In this document: positions 13,411 through 15,832 of the stretch, one piece after another | Layout of the letters: each line of letters opens with the position of its first letter | How positions within the stretch are numbered: position 1 is the stretch's first letter | Source: Planctomycetota bacterium | GTDB lineage: Bacteria; Planctomycetota; Planctomycetia; Planctomycetales; Planctomycetaceae | Assembly: GCA_963582955.1 (NCBI GenBank) | Contig: CAUZVF010000025.1 | Coordinates: 1-15,832 of the forward strand | DNA length: 15,832 nt | Direction: 5' to 3' | Notes under the pieces: model-generated | What the model was told of the DNA's origin: nothing | Databases searched by the model: none | What the model saw: the letters and a program-made list of their open reading frames with translations, nothing else | Made by a program: the position numbers and the translations under genes

Positions 13411-15465
13411 TCACTTGCTTAACTTCATGCGGGCAACGCGGGCGAAGCGTTGGTCCGGCTTCTCCGGAGCTGCGTCGCTCAATACCGCCGGCAACCACAT
13501 CGGACGCGGGGCCTTGTCGTCGGGCATCGATTCCAGTATGGGAATCTTGATCTCGCCGATCTTCGGGCCGAACCGATGAGCGTCGGATTCGTGGAGGAAC
13601 AGCTTCTGACCGCCGATCAGTTTTGAAATCGCGGACGCCAGTTCTCCACCAAGACCCAGCCACAAAACGACGTTCGGGTCGGCTCGCAGAGCGATGCCTT
13701 GGTCGCCCGATGTTTCCATATGCTTAGCAAACGCTTCTTGCAATTCGGGGATCGTGGCATCCTCATTTGACTGCACAAAATCCGCCACCGCGCCCATCAC
13801 GTCGCCTTCTTGCAACAACGTAACCCACCGCTCGTCGTCCGAATACAATTCGTCCATCGCGGACAGGTCCAAATCGTCGTCATCGCTAGTTTCTTCTTTA
13901 TCGGTTTCGTCAAAGGGCTTGCCTTCTTCAACGCCTTTCTCGCGTTGCTCTTGTTCCAACATCTGCATCACGCGGCTGTCCGGAGTCGCCGGCCGGCACC
14001 GCGGCCGGCACCATTCCCGCAGAGCGAAGATCTTTTCTTCCATAGTGACCGACAACGGTACGGTTTCCTCACGGGCGCGGTCGAGATCCTTTTGGGTCAT
14101 CCCAGCTTCGCTGCCGAATGTTTCGACCATGGCCGTCAAGACGATCTGTTCGATTTCCGCGCCGCTGAAGCCTTCCGTCTGTTCCGACAATGTCCGTACC
14201 TCGTAGTCGTCGGGATTGAAGTTTCGTTTTTTGAGATGAATTTCAAAAATCTCGATGCGTTCGTGGTAGTTCGGCAAGTCGATAAAGAACAGTTCGTCAA
14301 AACGTCCACGACGCAGCATTTCGGGCGGCAGAGCGGTGACCGAGTTGGCCGTTGCAACCACGAACACGCCCGCCGTGTTTTCTTGCATCCACGTCAGAAA
14401 CCGGCCGACCAGCCGGACCATGACCGAATCGGTCGTGTCACCGGTTGAGCCGGCGAAACCCTTCTCGATTTCATCCAGCCACAGCACGGCCGGAGCGATC
14501 ATTTCCATCAGGTTCAAAACGTCACGGAGGTTCTTCTCGGATGCACCGCTGTCGGCACTGAGCAGCGTCGAGACATCCAGCCGCACTAAGGGAAAGCTGA
14601 GCATCATCGCGATCGCTCGCGACGACAGGCTCTTACCACACCCCTGAACACCTAACAGCAACACGCCTTTCGGTGCGGGAATGCCCTGTTTGCGAGCCTT
14701 TTCGCTGAATGCCTGAGACCGGCGTTCGGTCCAATCTTTCAGCCCCTGCAGGCCGCCGATGTCTCCTTTGCCCTCGGCCAATTCCTGGAATTCCAGCATG
14801 TCCGATCCCGATACCATGCTCTTTTTCTCGGAAACCAGCAGCTTAAACGTCTCGTTGCCGATCTCGTTGCAATCCAGCAGGCCGCGGGCGAGAGCGCGGT
14901 GTGCCTCGCGCGTTGTCAGGCCCATCACGGCCTTGATCATCCGCTCTTCTTGATCATCCGTGACACTCAACGTTGAACCGTTTCGCGAGTTTCGCTCATC
15001 CAATACCGCTGTCAGTTCCTTGCGGATTTCCGGTATTCCGGGCAAAGGGAGTTCAACGGCGATGGCATCCTTCACCAATGAAACGGGAATCTGCGGATTC
15101 GGACCCATGAAGAGCAACGACTTGTTGTTTTCCTTCAGGTTGGGGATCAGGTCACGAAGCTTCCGCACAACTTTCGGGTCGTTGAGGTACGGCTGAAAAT
15201 CTTTGATGAGGAAAAGCGTGTCACGACTGTATGTTTCAATCTGTTCCAGCATCGCCAGCGGACTGGCCGTGTCGCCGTCGTCGGCACGCGCCGGAGGCAG
15301 CATCCCCGTGGTGACCGACCATGTCGCGATTCCTTTCTCAATCTCCAGAGCCAATTCCGCCAGTTCCGACTCCCAGCGTTCTTCTTCCCAAGTTTCAAGA
15401 AACAGCACCGAGAAGCCCGAGACAATTCTCGCACGCAGCAGATCAACAGCTTCGGATGTTAACAT
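13411..15465 (-). CDS. Ycf46-like AAA+ ATPase with C-terminal acidic linker and extra domain
   Basis: 684 aa, ATG at 15465. The Ycf46-type N-terminal region is LLRARIVSGFSVLFLETWEEERW. Walker A is GVQGCGKS (nt 14629-14652) and Walker B is VLWLDEIEK (DE at nt 14470-14475). Also present are VVATANSVTALPPEMLRRGRFDELFFIDLP and the family-typical end PLSVTMEEKIFALREWCRPRCRPA at about aa 470-493. About 185 further residues follow. Confidence 0.88.
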   Translation of the reverse strand: MLTSEAVDLLRARIVSGFSVLFLETWEEERWESELAELALEIEKGIATWSVTTGMLPPARADDGDTASPLAMLEQIETYSRDTLFLIKDFQPYLNDPKVVRKLRDLIPNLKENNKSLLFMGPNPQIPVSLVKDAIAVELPLPGIPEIRKELTAVLDERNSRNGSTLSVTDDQEERMIKAVMGLTTREAHRALARGLLDCNEIGNETFKLLVSEKKSMVSGSDMLEFQELAEGKGDIGGLQGLKDWTERRSQAFSEKARKQGIPAPKGVLLLGVQGCGKSLSSRAIAMMLSFPLVRLDVSTLLSADSGASEKNLRDVLNLMEMIAPAVLWLDEIEKGFAGSTGDTTDSVMVRLVGRFLTWMQENTAGVFVVATANSVTALPPEMLRRGRFDELFFIDLPNYHERIEIFEIHLKKRNFNPDDYEVRTLSEQTEGFSGAEIEQIVLTAMVETFGSEAGMTQKDLDRAREETVPLSVTMEEKIFALREWCRPRCRPATPDSRVMQMLEQEQREKGVEEGKPFDETDKEETSDDDDLDLSAMDELYSDDERWVTLLQEGDVMGAVADFVQSNEDATIPELQEAFAKHMETSGDQGIALRADPNVVLWLGLGGELASAISKLIGGQKLFLHESDAHRFGPKIGEIKIPILESMPDDKAPRPMWLPAVLSDAAPEKPDQRFARVARMKLSK

Positions 15466-15544
15466 GATGATTGAACCAAGAGTTGTTGGTGAGGATTCGT
15501 ATTCACTTCGTCAGCGGATATTCTGGCCACAACACATTCTTGAC

Positions 15545-15832
15545 TCAATCCTTAACAACCGGATTTGTCAGAGTGCCGATTCCGGAAATTTCAATCGAGA
15601 CCGAATCACCGTTCTGCAAAGTGAATTCGTCCGGTGGCACGATTCCGGTGCCAGTGAGCAGAAAGGCTCCGTTGGGGAACGTGTTTTCTTTTCCGAGCCA
15701 ACCAATCAGGTCCTCAAAGCCACGGGCCATTTGGTCGAGATTCGTTTCACCATGAAAGACCTCGCTGCCGCCGCGCTGGATTGTCAGAATGATCTTCGTG
15801 TTCGGACGATCCAGCGGTGCTTCGGGCAGCAG
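15545..15832 (-). CDS. Fumarylacetoacetate hydrolase (FAH) family protein, C-terminal part only (N-terminus lies beyond the window)
   Basis: The frame stays open from the window edge. My translation of 15832-15545 is LLPEAPLDRPNTKIILTIQRGGSEVFHGETNLDQMARGFEDLIGWLGKENTFPNGAFLLTGTGIVPPDEFTLQNGDSVSIEISGIGTLTNPVVKD. The L(L/M)TGTG(I/T)xP...L..GD.V...I.GIG.L.N pattern is the FAH-family C-terminus. The track lists only the part from the internal Met at 15730. Confidence 0.78.
   Translation of the reverse strand: MLPEAPLDRPNTKIILTIQRGGSEVFHGETNLDQMARGFEDLIGWLGKENTFPNGAFLLTGTGIVPPDEFTLQNGDSVSIEISGIGTLTNPVVKD

Noticed and set aside
13546-13593. The HESD-x9-EIK string in the AAA+ C-terminal domain resembles a PD-(D/E)XK nuclease motif.
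   Set aside because: It is a single short motif. The surrounding predicted helix/strand order does not obviously fit the canonical fold, and I see no upstream conserved acidic helix residue that I can trust. It should be tested by HHpred or structure prediction, not called.
11585-15465. An ietAS-like ATPase + serine protease anti-phage defence pair.
   Set aside because: The genes are convergent, not an operon. The protease is a membrane-anchored S1C trypsin-fold enzyme rather than a subtilase. The ATPase is Ycf46-like. No other defence hallmarks or mobile elements are nearby. I kept only a low-interest adjacency note.
1-15832. Scan for CRISPR arrays, rRNA/tRNA genes, transposases, integrases, terminal inverted repeats of IS elements, and toxin-antitoxin pairs.
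   Set aside because: I found no direct-repeat arrays, no conserved rRNA or tRNA sequence blocks, and no ORF with DDE, tyrosine- or serine-recombinase motifs. The accessory cluster shows no visible mobile-element boundaries.

Overview
Moderately GC-rich bacterial chromosomal window. The gene content and protein style suggest a Planctomycetota/Pirellulales-like genome, but that is a guess I cannot verify. Left third is housekeeping: ispG (+) converges on the rpsB-tsf-pyrH operon (-). The middle ~6.6 kb (4700-11270, minus strand) is a compact four-gene cluster. It encodes a VOC/glyoxalase-fold protein, a class-III aminotransferase, and an 818-aa fusion of a second class-III aminotransferase to an acyl-ACP-reductase (AAR)-like Cys/NAD(P)H reductase domain. 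The fourth gene is a 703-aa ATP-grasp + swivel-histidine phosphotransferase (rifampicin-phosphotransferase / PEP-synthase-like, no TIM barrel) that overlaps the fusion gene by 17 nt. This is my best candidate for an undescribed system: an activation -> aldehyde -> amine pathway with a channelling fusion enzyme. Right third holds a membrane-anchored zinc-ribbon / trypsin-like (HtrA-type) protease with an unassigned C-terminal domain instead of PDZ (+). It converges on a Ycf46-like AAA+ ATPase with a ~185-aa C-terminal extension (-), which is preceded by the 3' end of an FAH-family gene (-). Non-coding structures are a perfect 24-bp inverted repeat between ispG and pyrH, a 26-bp stem-loop between tsf and pyrH, a terminator-like attenuator in the long rpsB-tsf spacer, and tandem hairpins separating the accessory cluster from rpsB. 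I found no rRNA, tRNA, CRISPR array, transposase or integrase. All homology statements come from reading the translations and from memory of family motifs; no searches were run.
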